A stretch of DNA of 61,933 nt, filler included. It is 3 parts of 3 records of this genome, joined end to end, with 100 filler letters (N's around TTAATTAATTAA, not from the genome) between each part and the next. Parts side by side here need not be neighbours in the genome. Positions count along the whole stretch, not along the records: positions 13,235 to 33,226 come from SRR20825010_1567; 2 more parts are not named here. One strand, given 5' to 3'. Under the pieces are notes generated by a model, which worked only from the letters and a program-made list of their open reading frames with translations, had not been told where the DNA came from and did no database searches. A program made the translations under genes and the position numbers. Shown piece by piece: positions 18,061-28,971 of this stretch. The first letter of the stretch is position 1, and each line of letters begins with the position of its first letter.

Positions 18061-20076
18061 ATGAAAAATCTCCTTATACTTTTAACCCTGTTTTTTCTCT
18101 TTTTCTCTTGCGCCGACAAAGCCGAGTTGCTTGAAGCCAACTCTCCAAATGCGGACGTTAACGTGCAGTTTTCATTAGATGAAGTGGGGAGACCCTACTA
18201 TGCTGTTTTCTATCAAGGCGTATCAGTTATTGATACCTCCTATCTCGGTTTTGAACTTAGTGATTCCATAAACCTGGATAAAGGGTTTAATGTGGTTTCT
18301 TCTTCCCGATCGAGCTTCGATGAAACCTGGGAGCAACCATGGGGCGAGGAGCAGTTTATTAGAAATAATTACAACGAATTAAAGATTTCCCTTCAGGAGT
18401 CTGTTGGTTTGAAAAGGAAAATGGATATCGTATTCCGCATCTACGATTATGGTCTTGGCTTCCGATATGAATTTCCACAACAGGAAAATTTAATAGACTT
18501 TGAAATCACCGACGAGCTTACCGAGTTCAACATGACAGCTGACCATAAAGCCTGGTGGATCCCCGCTTATGGTGGCAACCGATACGAATATCTCTATAAT
18601 GAAACGCCCCTTTCCGAAATGGGCAAAGTGCACACACCTGTCACTTTCAAAACACAGGAAGATACCTATATCAGTATCCACGAGGCTGCTTTGAAAAACT
18701 ATTCAAGCATGGTTATCGATGGGGCCGGCTCCAACCGTTTGAAATGTGCGCTTGTTCCGGATTCTAAGGAAAGCGATGTAAAATCCTTTGTGAGCGCTCC
18801 TTCTAATACCCCATGGAGAACGATTCAGCTTGCAAAAAAACCAGGAGATTTGATCACTTCATATCTCATTTTGAACCTAAACGAACCCAATATATTGGGC
18901 GATGTTTCCTGGTTTAAGCCGGGTAGATATGTTGGTATCTGGTGGGAAATGCACATCAATACGGGGACCTGGTACTCTGGAGATCGCCATTCGGCGACCA
19001 CCAAAAACACAAAACGATACATTGATTTTGCTGCGAAACACGGTTTTGACGGTGTACTTGTAGAAGGCTGGAATGAAAGCTGGGATGGAAATTGGATGGC
19101 AAATGGGGAGATTTTCAGTTTCACAAAGCCATATCCAGATTACGACATTGAGGAATTGAGCCGCTATGCAAAAGAGAAAGGTGTTTACATCGTTGGTCAC
19201 CATGAAACGGCAGCCAATATTGAAAACTACGAGAAACAACTAGAGGATGCCTATCAATTTCTGGAAGATTACGGAATGAAGGCGGTGAAGACCGGCTATG
19301 TGGAAAATGGCGATTTACTATCCAATGGAAAATACCATCACGGACAGTTTTACGTGGAGCATTTCCGTCGGGTGATCGAAACTGCCGCTAGACACAAGGT
19401 GGCTGTGGTCGCTCATGAGCCTATCAAAGACACAGGTGAGCGAAGAACTTTTCCTAACATGATTTCGCGAGAGGGTGCTCGTGGACAGGAGTACAACGCA
19501 TGGGGTGGAGAGGGAGGAAACCCGCCAAGTCACACAACAATTATCCCTTTTACCCGACTGCTTTCAGGGCCAATGGATTTTACACCAGGGGTGTTCGATA
19601 TCAAAATCCCCACTCAGCCTAACAATCAGGTGAATACCACCCTGGCAAAGCAATTAGCACTTTATGTGATTATTTATTCACCCATGCAAATGGCCTGCGA
19701 TCTTCCTGAGCATTACGAAAAATACCCGGATGCACTGCAGTTTATAAAGGAAGTGGGTGTGGATTGGGAAACCACCAAAGTTTTGGATGCAGCTATTGGT
19801 GAGCACATCACCATAGCCCGTAAGGAAAGAGGAACGGGCAGCTGGTTCGTTGGCTCTATCACTAATGAAAACCCAAAAGAGGTGTCCATATCCCTTGACT
19901 TTCTTGATCCCGGAGCTACCTATACAGCTAAGATTTATAAAGACGGCCCTTCGGCGCATTACATAGACAACCCAGAGGATTATGTAATAGAAGAGAAGCA
20001 AGTGAAGGTCGGCGATAAAATTGATACGAAACTTGGTTCTAGTGGCGGAATCGCCATTTCATTGATCCTCAATTAG
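18061..20076 (+). CDS. GH97 alpha-glucosidase (SusB-like)
   Basis: GIWWEMH, YIDFAA, LVEGWN, HHET, REGARGQE, GPMDFTPG. Confidence 0.93.
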   Translation: MKNLLILLTLFFLFFSCADKAELLEANSPNADVNVQFSLDEVGRPYYAVFYQGVSVIDTSYLGFELSDSINLDKGFNVVSSSRSSFDETWEQPWGEEQFIRNNYNELKISLQESVGLKRKMDIVFRIYDYGLGFRYEFPQQENLIDFEITDELTEFNMTADHKAWWIPAYGGNRYEYLYNETPLSEMGKVHTPVTFKTQEDTYISIHEAALKNYSSMVIDGAGSNRLKCALVPDSKESDVKSFVSAPSNTPWRTIQLAKKPGDLITSYLILNLNEPNILGDVSWFKPGRYVGIWWEMHINTGTWYSGDRHSATTKNTKRYIDFAAKHGFDGVLVEGWNESWDGNWMANGEIFSFTKPYPDYDIEELSRYAKEKGVYIVGHHETAANIENYEKQLEDAYQFLEDYGMKAVKTGYVENGDLLSNGKYHHGQFYVEHFRRVIETAARHKVAVVAHEPIKDTGERRTFPNMISREGARGQEYNAWGGEGGNPPSHTTIIPFTRLLSGPMDFTPGVFDIKIPTQPNNQVNTTLAKQLALYVIIYSPMQMACDLPEHYEKYPDALQFIKEVGVDWETTKVLDAAIGEHITIARKERGTGSWFVGSITNENPKEVSISLDFLDPGATYTAKIYKDGPSAHYIDNPEDYVIEEKQVKVGDKIDTKLGSSGGIAISLILN

Positions 20077-20127
20077 CCCGCGTTTGGATGAAATAAGTAG
20101 TTGGTTTTTAGTTTTCATAGTAGTTGG

Positions 20128-20155
20128 GGACGGTTCTTAGGGACCGTCCTTTTTT
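20128..20155 (+). terminator. Intrinsic terminator ending the PUL
   Basis: GGACGGTTC-TTAG-GGACCGTCC stem (one G-U) followed by T6. Confidence 0.85.
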
Positions 20156-20266
20156 CATTTGACCAAAATCAGTGTTAGTCCTGACCGTACTGATTATCTT
20201 TTGACCTATTTTCACAGAAATTGTTACCTTAATAAGATTTTCCAAGTAAACTATTAACCTAAATCA

Positions 20267-20515
20267 ATGGAATCAACCTTTTCTTCTGCGCTTTCACTTC
20301 TAGCTGTTGGTATGATCACCGTGTTTGTTGTGTTGGCATTGGTTGTCATTGCAGGAAATGTCATGATCCGTGTGGTTAACGCAATGTCTCCTGATGAGCC
20401 CATTGCGACGAACAAACCACAAATTGATGGAAATCAACTGGCTGCAATTACTGCAGCTGTAGACCTTGTTACGGGTGGGAAAGGAAAAATCACAAAAGTT
20501 GAAAAAGTAAAATAA
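20267..20515 (+). CDS. oadG: Na+-transporting decarboxylase gamma subunit (OadG family)
   Basis: 82 aa; GMITVFVVLALV TM helix, AAITAAV motif; directly upstream of alpha and beta subunits. Confidence 0.8.
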   Translation: MESTFSSALSLLAVGMITVFVVLALVVIAGNVMIRVVNAMSPDEPIATNKPQIDGNQLAAITAAVDLVTGGKGKITKVEKVK

Positions 20516-20521
20516 TACGTC

Positions 20522-22369
20522 ATGTCAAGAGAAATCGGCTTGTGCCTGGTTTATAGAGATATGTGGCAATCGTCTGGAAAGTACATGCCACGTGTAGATC
20601 AGTTGGTGAGGGTGGCCCAGCCCATAATCGATATCGGATGTTTTTCGAGAGTTGAAACAAATGGAGGAGGTTTTGAGCAAATCAATTTGCTCTATGGGGA
20701 AAACCCGAATAAGTCAGTCAGAGATTGGACGCAACCTTTTAACGACGCAGGTATCCAAACGCAAATGCTGGAGCGTGGGTTGAATGGATTAAGAATGTAT
20801 CCCGTGCCTAAGGATTTACGGAAACTTATGTTTCGTTTGAAAAAAATTCAGGGAACCGATATTTCCAGATCCTTTGATGGACTAAATGATATCAATAATC
20901 TGCGGCTGTCGATCGAATATGCAAAAGCGGGAGGAATGATTTCACAGACTTGTCTGTGCATTACCCATTCGAAACTACATACCGTAGACTATTATGTGGA
21001 AATGGCCGGCAATCTTATCGATATGGGGGCGCAGGAAATTGCCATCAAAGACATGGCCGGTATCGGGCGACCCGTGTCTATTGGTAAAATAGTAGCCGGT
21101 ATTAAGGCAATCAAAAAAGACATTGTTATTCAATACCATGGCCACTCAGGACCAGGATTTTCGGCGGTTTCATCGCTCGAAGCAGCTAGGGCAGGAGCCG
21201 ATTATATCGATGTGGGAATGGAGCCACTTTCATGGGGAACAGGTCATGCTGATTTGCTCACCATTCATGCGATGTTGAAGGATGCCGGTTTCAAAGTGCC
21301 CGATATCAACATGAAGGCTTACATGCAGACCCGATCACTCACGCAGGAGTTTATTGATGACTTCTTGGGCTATTACATCAATCCGAAAAACAGGTTGATG
21401 AATTCCCTCCTTATTGGCCCTGGTCTGCCGGGAGGAATGATGGGGAGTCTCATGTCGGATCTGGAGAACAACCTGAAAGGACTGAACAAGTGGAAAGAAA
21501 AAAATGGACAACCTGAAATTACTCAGGACGAGCTTCTCATCAAACTTTTTGATGAAGTAGAAACCATCTGGCCGATGATGGGTTATCCGCCTTTGGTTAC
21601 GCCGTTTAGCCAATATGTGAAAAATGCTGCATTGGTCAATGTGATGCAGATGGAAAAAGGCAAGGAACGCTGGTCACTTCTTGATGACAATACCTGGGAC
21701 ATGTTGCTTGGCAAATCCGGCAAAGTTCCAGGCAAACTCTCACCGGAGTTGACAGCTCTTGCGGCAGAACAAAACCGTGAATTTTTTGAAGGTGATCCTC
21801 AGGAGCTATATGAAGACTGTCTTGTGGAGAAGCGAAAGGAAATGCAGGAAAAAGGTTGGGATACCGGCACAGACGATGAAGAGTTGTTCGAATATGCGAT
21901 GCACCCCAAGCAATATGAAGCTTTTATGTCAGGCAAGGCAAAAGCTGATTTTGAAGCCGACTTAAATGCCAGAAAATTTCCACCAGAAGAAAGTGGAACG
22001 ATCGCTAGAGGCACGCAGCAACTGAATATTGATGTGAATGGGGAGAAATATAAAGTCACCGTTTCTTATGGAGAACCGAATACGGAAAGTGAAGATAAGA
22101 AAGTAGAATCTGCGAAAACTTCATTTAATGGTGCAACCAATGACGTGATCGCCCCGCTAGAAGGAAAAGTATTCTTCACAAAAAATGTAGGTGAAAAACC
22201 GTTTAAAGTCGGTGATAAAGTGAGCAAAGGAGACATTGTTTGCTACATCGAGGCAATGAAAGTTTCCAATGCGATCAAGTCAGAATTCGATGGATCCATT
22301 GTTGAGATTTTGGTCAAAGAGGGCGAAGAAGTGTATGATGATGATGTGTTATTTAAGCTGGGTAACTAA
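20522..22369 (+). CDS. oadA: Oxaloacetate decarboxylase alpha subunit (carboxyltransferase + biotin carrier)
   Basis: YRDMWQS, IKDMAG, HGH, PGGM, PPLVTPFSQ; C-terminal biotinyl domain EAMK. Confidence 0.85.
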   Translation: MSREIGLCLVYRDMWQSSGKYMPRVDQLVRVAQPIIDIGCFSRVETNGGGFEQINLLYGENPNKSVRDWTQPFNDAGIQTQMLERGLNGLRMYPVPKDLRKLMFRLKKIQGTDISRSFDGLNDINNLRLSIEYAKAGGMISQTCLCITHSKLHTVDYYVEMAGNLIDMGAQEIAIKDMAGIGRPVSIGKIVAGIKAIKKDIVIQYHGHSGPGFSAVSSLEAARAGADYIDVGMEPLSWGTGHADLLTIHAMLKDAGFKVPDINMKAYMQTRSLTQEFIDDFLGYYINPKNRLMNSLLIGPGLPGGMMGSLMSDLENNLKGLNKWKEKNGQPEITQDELLIKLFDEVETIWPMMGYPPLVTPFSQYVKNAALVNVMQMEKGKERWSLLDDNTWDMLLGKSGKVPGKLSPELTALAAEQNREFFEGDPQELYEDCLVEKRKEMQEKGWDTGTDDEELFEYAMHPKQYEAFMSGKAKADFEADLNARKFPPEESGTIARGTQQLNIDVNGEKYKVTVSYGEPNTESEDKKVESAKTSFNGATNDVIAPLEGKVFFTKNVGEKPFKVGDKVSKGDIVCYIEAMKVSNAIKSEFDGSIVEILVKEGEEVYDDDVLFKLGN

Positions 22370-23560
22370 GTGGAGCTGATAGATAAACTTTACCGGATGA
22401 CGGCCATTCAAAACATGGTGGATGAGCCTCAAATTTTGCTGATGTTGTTGATTGCTTTTTTTCTCCTGTATCTGGGGATAAAAAAGAATTATGAGCCCTT
22501 GCTTCTTGTTCCCATTGCGTTTGGGATGCTCATTGCAAACTTCCCTGGAGGCCAGATGGGTGTCGTGAAATTAGACGAAAACATGACGCTCTACCAAATG
22601 GCCAAAGAGCATGGTATTATGAATTTCGTTTATTATTCCTTAATCAAAACCGGTTTTCTTCCCCCCATCATTTTTATGGGAGTTGGTGCACTGACGGACT
22701 TTGGGCCGATGCTCCGAAACTTAAGACTTGCTTTCTTCGGGGCGGCTGCTCAGATCGGAATTTTTACCGTTCTCATTTCTGCCGTGCTTATTGGTTTTGA
22801 TTTGAAGGAAGCAGCTGCACTGGGCATCATTGGAGGAGCAGATGGTCCTACAGCAATATATACAACCATCAAGTTGGCCCCACATTTACTGGGGCCAATC
22901 GCGATAGCAGCCTATTCATACATGGCTTTGGTTCCTGTAATTATTCCTCTCGTTGTTCGTTTAACCACTAATAAAAAGGAGCTTTTGATCAATATGAAGC
23001 AGCAGGATAAGTTGTATCCATCCAAAGTCCCAATTAAAAATCTTCAGACACTTAAAATTATTTTTCCAATAGTTGTTGGCTCGCTCGTGGCTTTGTTAGT
23101 GCCATCGTCTGTGCCGCTTATTGGGTTGTTGATGTTTGGTAATTTGGTGAAAGAAATTGGTGCTGCTACAGGTCGCCTACACAAAGCAGCGTCTGACAGC
23201 ATCCTTAACATAGCTACAATCTTTCTTGGCCTAGCTGTTGGGGCGACTATGACCGCTTATGCCTTTTTAAACTTTCAAACCATCATGATTATCGTTGGAG
23301 GGTTCATTGCCTTCGCCATCTCAATAGCTGGAGGAATCTATGCGGTGAAGATTTACAATCTTTTCGCGAAAAAGAAAATTAATCCGTTAATAGGAGCAAC
23401 TGGTCTCAGTGCCGTACCAATGGCATCAAGGGTGGCCAATGAAATTGCGCTGAAGCATGACCCTAGCAACCACCTACTTCAGTACGCCATGGCTAGCAAT
23501 ATTTCTGGTGTAATTGGATCAGCAGTGGCGGCAGGCGTGCTGATCTCTTTCTTGGGTTGA
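22370..23560 (+). CDS. oadB: Na+-translocating decarboxylase beta subunit
   Basis: YEPLLLVPIAFG, GALTDFGP, IIGGADGPTAI, AYSYMALVP, SAVPMASRV. Confidence 0.93.
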   Translation: MELIDKLYRMTAIQNMVDEPQILLMLLIAFFLLYLGIKKNYEPLLLVPIAFGMLIANFPGGQMGVVKLDENMTLYQMAKEHGIMNFVYYSLIKTGFLPPIIFMGVGALTDFGPMLRNLRLAFFGAAAQIGIFTVLISAVLIGFDLKEAAALGIIGGADGPTAIYTTIKLAPHLLGPIAIAAYSYMALVPVIIPLVVRLTTNKKELLINMKQQDKLYPSKVPIKNLQTLKIIFPIVVGSLVALLVPSSVPLIGLLMFGNLVKEIGAATGRLHKAASDSILNIATIFLGLAVGATMTAYAFLNFQTIMIIVGGFIAFAISIAGGIYAVKIYNLFAKKKINPLIGATGLSAVPMASRVANEIALKHDPSNHLLQYAMASNISGVIGSAVAAGVLISFLG

Positions 23561-23597
23561 TCTCTTTTTTTAGTTTAGAATAAATTACAATTACAAA

Positions 23598-24053
23598 ATG
23601 AAAATAATAAAATACACCATCATAGCACTTTTTGGTATTCTGCTAATCATTCAACTTTTCCCTGGGGAGAAGCCCGAAGTGAAAATGAATAATCCAAATG
23701 ACATCCATAAAGAGGTATTGATCGATCCGGACGTTAGTTTGATCCTTCGGAATGCTTGTTACGATTGCCATTCCAATGAAACGGTGTACCCTTGGTACGC
23801 CAGTGTTGCACCTATTTCATGGTTGGTGATCCACGACATAGAGGAAGGTCGAGACGAATTGAATTTTTCAGAATGGATTCCTTATTCATTGAAGAAGAAA
23901 AACCACAAATTGGAAGAAGTGATAGAAATGGTGGAAGAAGGTGAGATGCCAATGGAGATATATACCTGGACGCACGCCGAATCGCGATTGACTGAAGATC
24001 AAAAAGAGGAGTTAATCTCATGGGCTCAAAACCTTAAGGGATCGGCGGAATGA
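23598..24053 (+). CDS. Haem-binding domain protein (c-type CxxCH)
   Basis: ACYDCHSN, YPWY, LNFSEW, GEMP; N-terminal TM/signal. Confidence 0.85.
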   Translation: MKIIKYTIIALFGILLIIQLFPGEKPEVKMNNPNDIHKEVLIDPDVSLILRNACYDCHSNETVYPWYASVAPISWLVIHDIEEGRDELNFSEWIPYSLKKKNHKLEEVIEMVEEGEMPMEIYTWTHAESRLTEDQKEELISWAQNLKGSAE

Positions 24054-25309
24054 CGTTTAAAAACCGCAAGGCCTTATGGGCTTGTCTTTTCTTAATATTC
24101 GTTTTGGTTCAAGAAGGGTATACTCAATCGAATTATTTGTTGGGCAAAATCACCTTGGTGAATGGAGAAACTATAGAAGGTTGGATTGATAAGCAGAAAT
24201 GGTCAACCACACCTGATACTATAGCATGGAAGGATTTTGAGAGTCAAAAGGCAACCTTTGGAGCGGATGATTTGGCGGGGTTTGAGGTAGAAGGGATAAG
24301 GTTTGAACGAATAAATATCAATCAAGTAAAACTCTATTCACATGAAGGAGTAAATGACAAAAATCAACCATATTATGTGTTTGTACAGGTTATGGTTGAT
24401 GGAGGCTTGCGTTTACTCTTTCGCAATGGTTCTCTATACGAAAAGAAATATTTCATTCAAAATGATAGCATCACTATTAATTTGGCTGATTACGAAAAGT
24501 CATTTTCTTATAAAACCCATTCTTTCACTCCGAGAGAGCACACTCCAAAAACAGGACGCTACCGATATATCTTGAAGGAATTAATGCCTGGTTGTGATCG
24601 GGTGGAAGATCAAATTGAAAATCTGGATGGGGGCGAGTCCGAATTGAAGAAACTCGTTGTTGAGTACAACGAGTGTATGCAATTTGATTTGGATTATGTT
24701 CAGCAAAAGGTGGATGACTATAAAGACTTTGGATTGGTTTTGGCTCGAACGAAGACAACATTTGAAATTTACAATCCCGTGGGATATGTTTTCTTGGATG
24801 GCATGAATTTTTCTAATTCTACAAATTATTCCTTTGGTTTTTTTCTTAATGTCCAAACGAAAAAAAATGTGACTTGGGTTAACGAGTTTTCTTGGATGAA
24901 CTTTAAAGTGGAAGCAGAGAAATACGAAGGAGAAAACTTGCTCTTAACTCAGGTATCGGTTTCTAGTTTAGGAATCCAGTCAGGGGTTAGGGTTTTTTTG
25001 CCTGTTGAAGGAGCCTTTAAAGTGTACTTCCAGGCGAGCCCAACAGTTAACATTTTTCGAGTGAACACTCTTTATGGGACATTCAGCTTTAACACCGGAT
25101 CAGGAACTACTTCTACAGGAAGGTCTTTAGGTGGCGAAGCGGATTCATTTAAAACCGTAGCTTTGGGTGTCTTGGCAAGGGTGGGTATACAGTATTCGCG
25201 TTTCGGATTATTTGCCGGTATCGAAAAGAGGCAGGGAATTACTAAAAAAGCAAACACCTCTCAGGAGCAACTGTTATCGCTGGGATTATCAGCGACACTT
25301 AGGAAGTAA
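24050..25309 (+). CDS. Exported hypothetical protein, probable outer-membrane beta-barrel C-terminus
   Basis: Signal peptide; alternating aromatic/Gly beta-strand pattern in the C-terminal half; 4-bp overlap with upstream gene. Confidence 0.55.
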   Translation: MTFKNRKALWACLFLIFVLVQEGYTQSNYLLGKITLVNGETIEGWIDKQKWSTTPDTIAWKDFESQKATFGADDLAGFEVEGIRFERININQVKLYSHEGVNDKNQPYYVFVQVMVDGGLRLLFRNGSLYEKKYFIQNDSITINLADYEKSFSYKTHSFTPREHTPKTGRYRYILKELMPGCDRVEDQIENLDGGESELKKLVVEYNECMQFDLDYVQQKVDDYKDFGLVLARTKTTFEIYNPVGYVFLDGMNFSNSTNYSFGFFLNVQTKKNVTWVNEFSWMNFKVEAEKYEGENLLLTQVSVSSLGIQSGVRVFLPVEGAFKVYFQASPTVNIFRVNTLYGTFSFNTGSGTTSTGRSLGGEADSFKTVALGVLARVGIQYSRFGLFAGIEKRQGITKKANTSQEQLLSLGLSATLRK

Positions 25310-25322
25310 TAGGGAATTTAAG

Positions 25323-25363
25323 CAGTCATGTAAATCCACCAATCAGTGGGGTTTACATGACTG
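25323..25363. terminator. Long hairpin between convergent genes (possible terminator)
   Basis: CAGTCATGTAAA / TTTACATGACTG 12-bp perfect outer stem plus imperfect inner stem; no clear U-tract. Confidence 0.55.
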
Positions 25364-25387
25364 AAAATAATAAAAACCGTGTGTTTT

Positions 25388-26641
25388 TTACAGGTCGAAC
25401 GCTGATTTCACCTGATCAACAAAATCTAATTTCTCCCAGGTAAATGTCTCTATTTCAATGGTTTTTGACTCGCCTGATCCGTCTTTGAAAGTTACGGTTT
25501 TGATTTCGGGAGTTCTACCCATATGACCATATGCAGCGGCATCCTGATACATCGGTGTACGCAGTTTCAATCTTGTTTCTATACCGTAAGGAGTCATGTC
25601 GAAAATGGCCAATACTTTTTTGGCGATCTCTCCATCCGTAAGGCTCACTTTGGATGTACCATAGGTGTTGATATAAAGTCCCATAGGTTCCACTACACCA
25701 ATGGCATAAGAAACTTGAACGAGAACTTCCGTACACAACCCAGCAGCCACAAGATTTTTAGCGATATGACGTGTTGCGTATGCAGCCGATCGATCTACTT
25801 TAGAAGGATCCTTTCCAGAAAAAGCCCCACCACCGTGCGCACCTTTTCCTCCATAGGTATCAACAATAATTTTTCTTCCGGTCAAACCTGCATCTCCGTG
25901 AGGGCCACCAATTACAAATTTTCCTGTTGGGTTGATGTGGTATTTGATGTCTGAATTGAACAGCTTTTGAAGCTCTGGCTTCAGCTGAGATTTAACCCTT
26001 GGGACAAGGATATTGATAATGTCAGACTTAATCTTCGCAAGCATTTTCGACTCTTCGTCAAAATCATCATGTTGTGTAGAAACAACGATGCTATCAATTC
26101 GTATCGGCTGATTGTCATCCGAATATTCGATAGTCACCTGAGATTTTGCATCAGGCCGCAGGTAAGGGATTTCTTTCATCTCTCTACGCAGTGCAGCCAG
26201 TTCGATTAATATTTTATGAGAGAGGTCTAGTGCCAAAGGCATGAAATTCTCCGTTTCGGCAGTTGCATACCCAAACATCATTCCCTGATCTCCAGCACCT
26301 TGCAGTTTTGGGTCAACTTTGTCCACACCCTGATTGATATCCGGAGATTGCTCATGAATCGCAGACAAAATACCACAAGAGTTGGCCTCAAACATATACT
26401 CCGATTTGTTGTATCCAATTTTACGGATCACATCACGAGTGATTTGTTGCACATCCAAATAGGTTTTAGACTTCACCTCACCGGCTAAAACAACTTGACC
26501 TGTGGTTACCAAGGTTTCACATGCCACTTTTGATTGTGGATCAAAAGCAAGAAAGTGATCTACTAAAGCATCCGATATTTGATCCGATATTTTATCTGGG
26601 TGGCCTTCAGATACAGATTCTGAGGTGAATAAGTATGACAT
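25388..26641 (-). CDS. metK: S-adenosylmethionine synthetase
   Basis: [35 protein letters not shown]. Confidence 0.98.
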   Translation of the reverse strand: MSYLFTSESVSEGHPDKISDQISDALVDHFLAFDPQSKVACETLVTTGQVVLAGEVKSKTYLDVQQITRDVIRKIGYNKSEYMFEANSCGILSAIHEQSPDINQGVDKVDPKLQGAGDQGMMFGYATAETENFMPLALDLSHKILIELAALRREMKEIPYLRPDAKSQVTIEYSDDNQPIRIDSIVVSTQHDDFDEESKMLAKIKSDIINILVPRVKSQLKPELQKLFNSDIKYHINPTGKFVIGGPHGDAGLTGRKIIVDTYGGKGAHGGGAFSGKDPSKVDRSAAYATRHIAKNLVAAGLCTEVLVQVSYAIGVVEPMGLYINTYGTSKVSLTDGEIAKKVLAIFDMTPYGIETRLKLRTPMYQDAAAYGHMGRTPEIKTVTFKDGSGESKTIEIETFTWEKLDFVDQVKSAFDL

Positions 26642-26664
26642 AATGCTGTGTTAAATTAAGCTTG

Positions 26665-26672
26665 CAAATTTA
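26665..26672 (-). promoter_or_regulatory. Bacteroidetes -7 promoter element for metK
   Basis: Minus strand TAAATTTG upstream of the metK ATG. Confidence 0.45.
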
Positions 26673-26700
26673 GAAGTTTCAGGCAATTGAGAATAGCTTT

Positions 26701-27417
26701 TTACGAATTCCGACCCAAACAATATATGGTTGGTATTTTGTGAAGGTTGATTTGTTGCTTTTTCCACTCAGAAATTGGTCGTGTCTTTATTAATTCCTTA
26801 GCTCCAAAAATATCTGAAGCGATATGTAAATGTGTATTTGAGTTCAGGTTTTGAAATAAATCTTCACAAAGGCTACCGTTTCTAAAGGGTGTTTCCATGA
26901 ATACTTGAGTGTATCCTGTTTTATTCACTGTTTCCTCTAGCGATTTAATTGTTTTGATCCTATCGATCTTATTTATCGGCAAATACCCATGAAAGGTGAA
27001 TTGCTGCCCATTGAACCCGGAGGAAATCAAGGCAGTTTGAATGGAGGATGCTCCAGGGAGTGGGATCACCTGAATATTGTTTTTGTGGGCGTAACTCACC
27101 GCCAGGTGACCGGGATCGGCTAGTCCGGGCAGACCAGCTTCTGATATTACGCCAATATTTTCCTCTCTATCGAAGGGTTCACAAAGCTTTGAAATCTGTT
27201 CGTAGCTGGTTTTTTTATCCAAGATATCGAATTGGAGTTGAGAAATATCCAGACCTAAATTCAAACTGCTGATAAACCTGCGGGCTGTTCGGACATTTTC
27301 AACCAGATAGACCGAGGTGTTTTTTATTACATCCAGCACCATGGGGGCCAAAAAGGACGCATCATTTTTCTCGGACAAATAACTTGGGATCAAAAACAAA
27401 GCGCCTTTTTGAGACAT
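26701..27417 (-). CDS. SAM-dependent methyltransferase, tetrapyrrole methylase/RsmI-like family
   Basis: SEAGLPGLADPG, PLPGASS, FHGYLP, FMETPFRN. Confidence 0.85.
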   Translation of the reverse strand: MSQKGALFLIPSYLSEKNDASFLAPMVLDVIKNTSVYLVENVRTARRFISSLNLGLDISQLQFDILDKKTSYEQISKLCEPFDREENIGVISEAGLPGLADPGHLAVSYAHKNNIQVIPLPGASSIQTALISSGFNGQQFTFHGYLPINKIDRIKTIKSLEETVNKTGYTQVFMETPFRNGSLCEDLFQNLNSNTHLHIASDIFGAKELIKTRPISEWKKQQINLHKIPTIYCLGRNS

Positions 27418-27449
27418 GAGTGATTATTTTGTTTTAATAGTTGATAGCA

Positions 27450-28214
27450 TTAGCGTGCAAGGAAATCTGACACCAGATTGTAGAGCTCTTTTGGTTTTTC
27501 TGCATGGATCCAGTGGCCCGCTCCAGCGATCATTTCTATTTCGGCAGACGGAAAATGTTGACGAATTTCTTCGTGATCTTCAACCTGTATATACTTCGAC
27601 TTTTCTCCGCCAATGAATAAGGTTGGTCCTTCAAAGCGATCGGAATCATCTAAGGCCCTCCCCACTTCATGAGCATTTTTTTCCAATGAATCTAAATTCA
27701 CCCGCCATTCAAAGGCCCCTTCCTCGTTTCGAGTCAGGTTTTTAAGTATAAACTGCCTAACTCCGAAATCAGGAATGCCAGAGGCCAATTGTTGATCGGC
27801 ATCTTTTCTGGTTTCTATTGTTTCAAGGTTTACCGAACGGAAACCATTAAATATATTTTCATGGTGTGGAGGATACTGTCTCGGGCCAATGTCCACTACA
27901 ACCAATTTTTCAATCATTTCATGGAATCGTGCGGCAAAGGTCATGGCCGCTTTCCCGCCCATTGAATGGCCTAGGACATAAGCTCTTTTAATTCCATTGT
28001 CGTCAAAAAGTTCTTTCAAATCTTCTGCCATAACATCGTAATCAAACAATCCGCTGTGAGGCGACAGTCCATGATTTCGCTGATCGACCAGATAGACTTT
28101 ATATCTTTCAGCAAAATCTTTTGCGAGTGTTTGCCAATTGTCCGAGGAACCAAATAAACCGTGTAGGATTACAAGCGGTTCACCTTCCCCTATTGTTCTA
28201 AAATAAAGCTTCAT
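27450..28214 (-). CDS. Alpha/beta hydrolase (YbfF-like esterase)
   Basis: LHGLFGS, DQRNHG, GHSMGG nucleophile elbow, AGHWIHAE. Confidence 0.9.
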   Translation of the reverse strand: MKLYFRTIGEGEPLVILHGLFGSSDNWQTLAKDFAERYKVYLVDQRNHGLSPHSGLFDYDVMAEDLKELFDDNGIKRAYVLGHSMGGKAAMTFAARFHEMIEKLVVVDIGPRQYPPHHENIFNGFRSVNLETIETRKDADQQLASGIPDFGVRQFILKNLTRNEEGAFEWRVNLDSLEKNAHEVGRALDDSDRFEGPTLFIGGEKSKYIQVEDHEEIRQHFPSAEIEMIAGAGHWIHAEKPKELYNLVSDFLAR

Positions 28215-28924
28215 TGCAATTTTCTTAAGTACATCTGAATCGTATTTTCCAATCCATAATAAAGCGCGTCACAGATTAAGGCATGGCCAATGGATACCTC
28301 ATCGAGATTTGGAATACAATTTTTTAAATAGCTGAGATTGTCTAAATCCAGATCGTGTCCTGCGTTTAGCCCAAGACCGAGTTCCTTAGCCAAAATGGCA
28401 GATTTCACGTAGTTGGCAATCGCCTTTTCTTTGTTTTTGTGAAAGTCGGTTGCATAAGGTTCTGTATATAATTCAATACGATCTGCACCAACCGCTTTTG
28501 CTCCTTCTACCATTTTCAAATCAGGATCCACAAAAATGGAAACGCGTGCTCCACTTGATTTTAGTTGAGCCACCAGATCGATCAATAAGTCTTTGTTTTT
28601 GAGGGTATCCCAACCCGCGCATGACGTCAAAACATCCGGTCCATCGGGAACCAAAGTAGCCTGATCGGGTTTTGCATTACTAACAATGTCCATATATCTG
28701 GAATCAGGATAGCCTTCTATGTTAAACTCTGTTGTGACGATTTCTTTCAGGTCAAAGACATCCTGAAAAGTGATGTGTCGCTCATCAGGGCGCGGGTGTA
28801 CCGTGATCCCTTGAGCTCCAAATCGTTCACAATCCTTCGCCACTTGAACTACGTTTGGATTATTACCCCCTCTGGCGTTGCGCAGAGTTGCAATTTTGTT
28901 AATGTTTACGCTAAGTTTGGCCAT
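28211..28924 (-). CDS. pdxJ: Pyridoxine 5'-phosphate synthase
   Basis: [42 protein letters not shown]. Confidence 0.97.
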   Translation of the reverse strand: MAKLSVNINKIATLRNARGGNNPNVVQVAKDCERFGAQGITVHPRPDERHITFQDVFDLKEIVTTEFNIEGYPDSRYMDIVSNAKPDQATLVPDGPDVLTSCAGWDTLKNKDLLIDLVAQLKSSGARVSIFVDPDLKMVEGAKAVGADRIELYTEPYATDFHKNKEKAIANYVKSAILAKELGLGLNAGHDLDLDNLSYLKNCIPNLDEVSIGHALICDALYYGLENTIQMYLRKLQ

Positions 28925-28971
28925 TCAAATAACACAATTTCAAAGGCAAATTTGTTCATAAAAAATAGATT

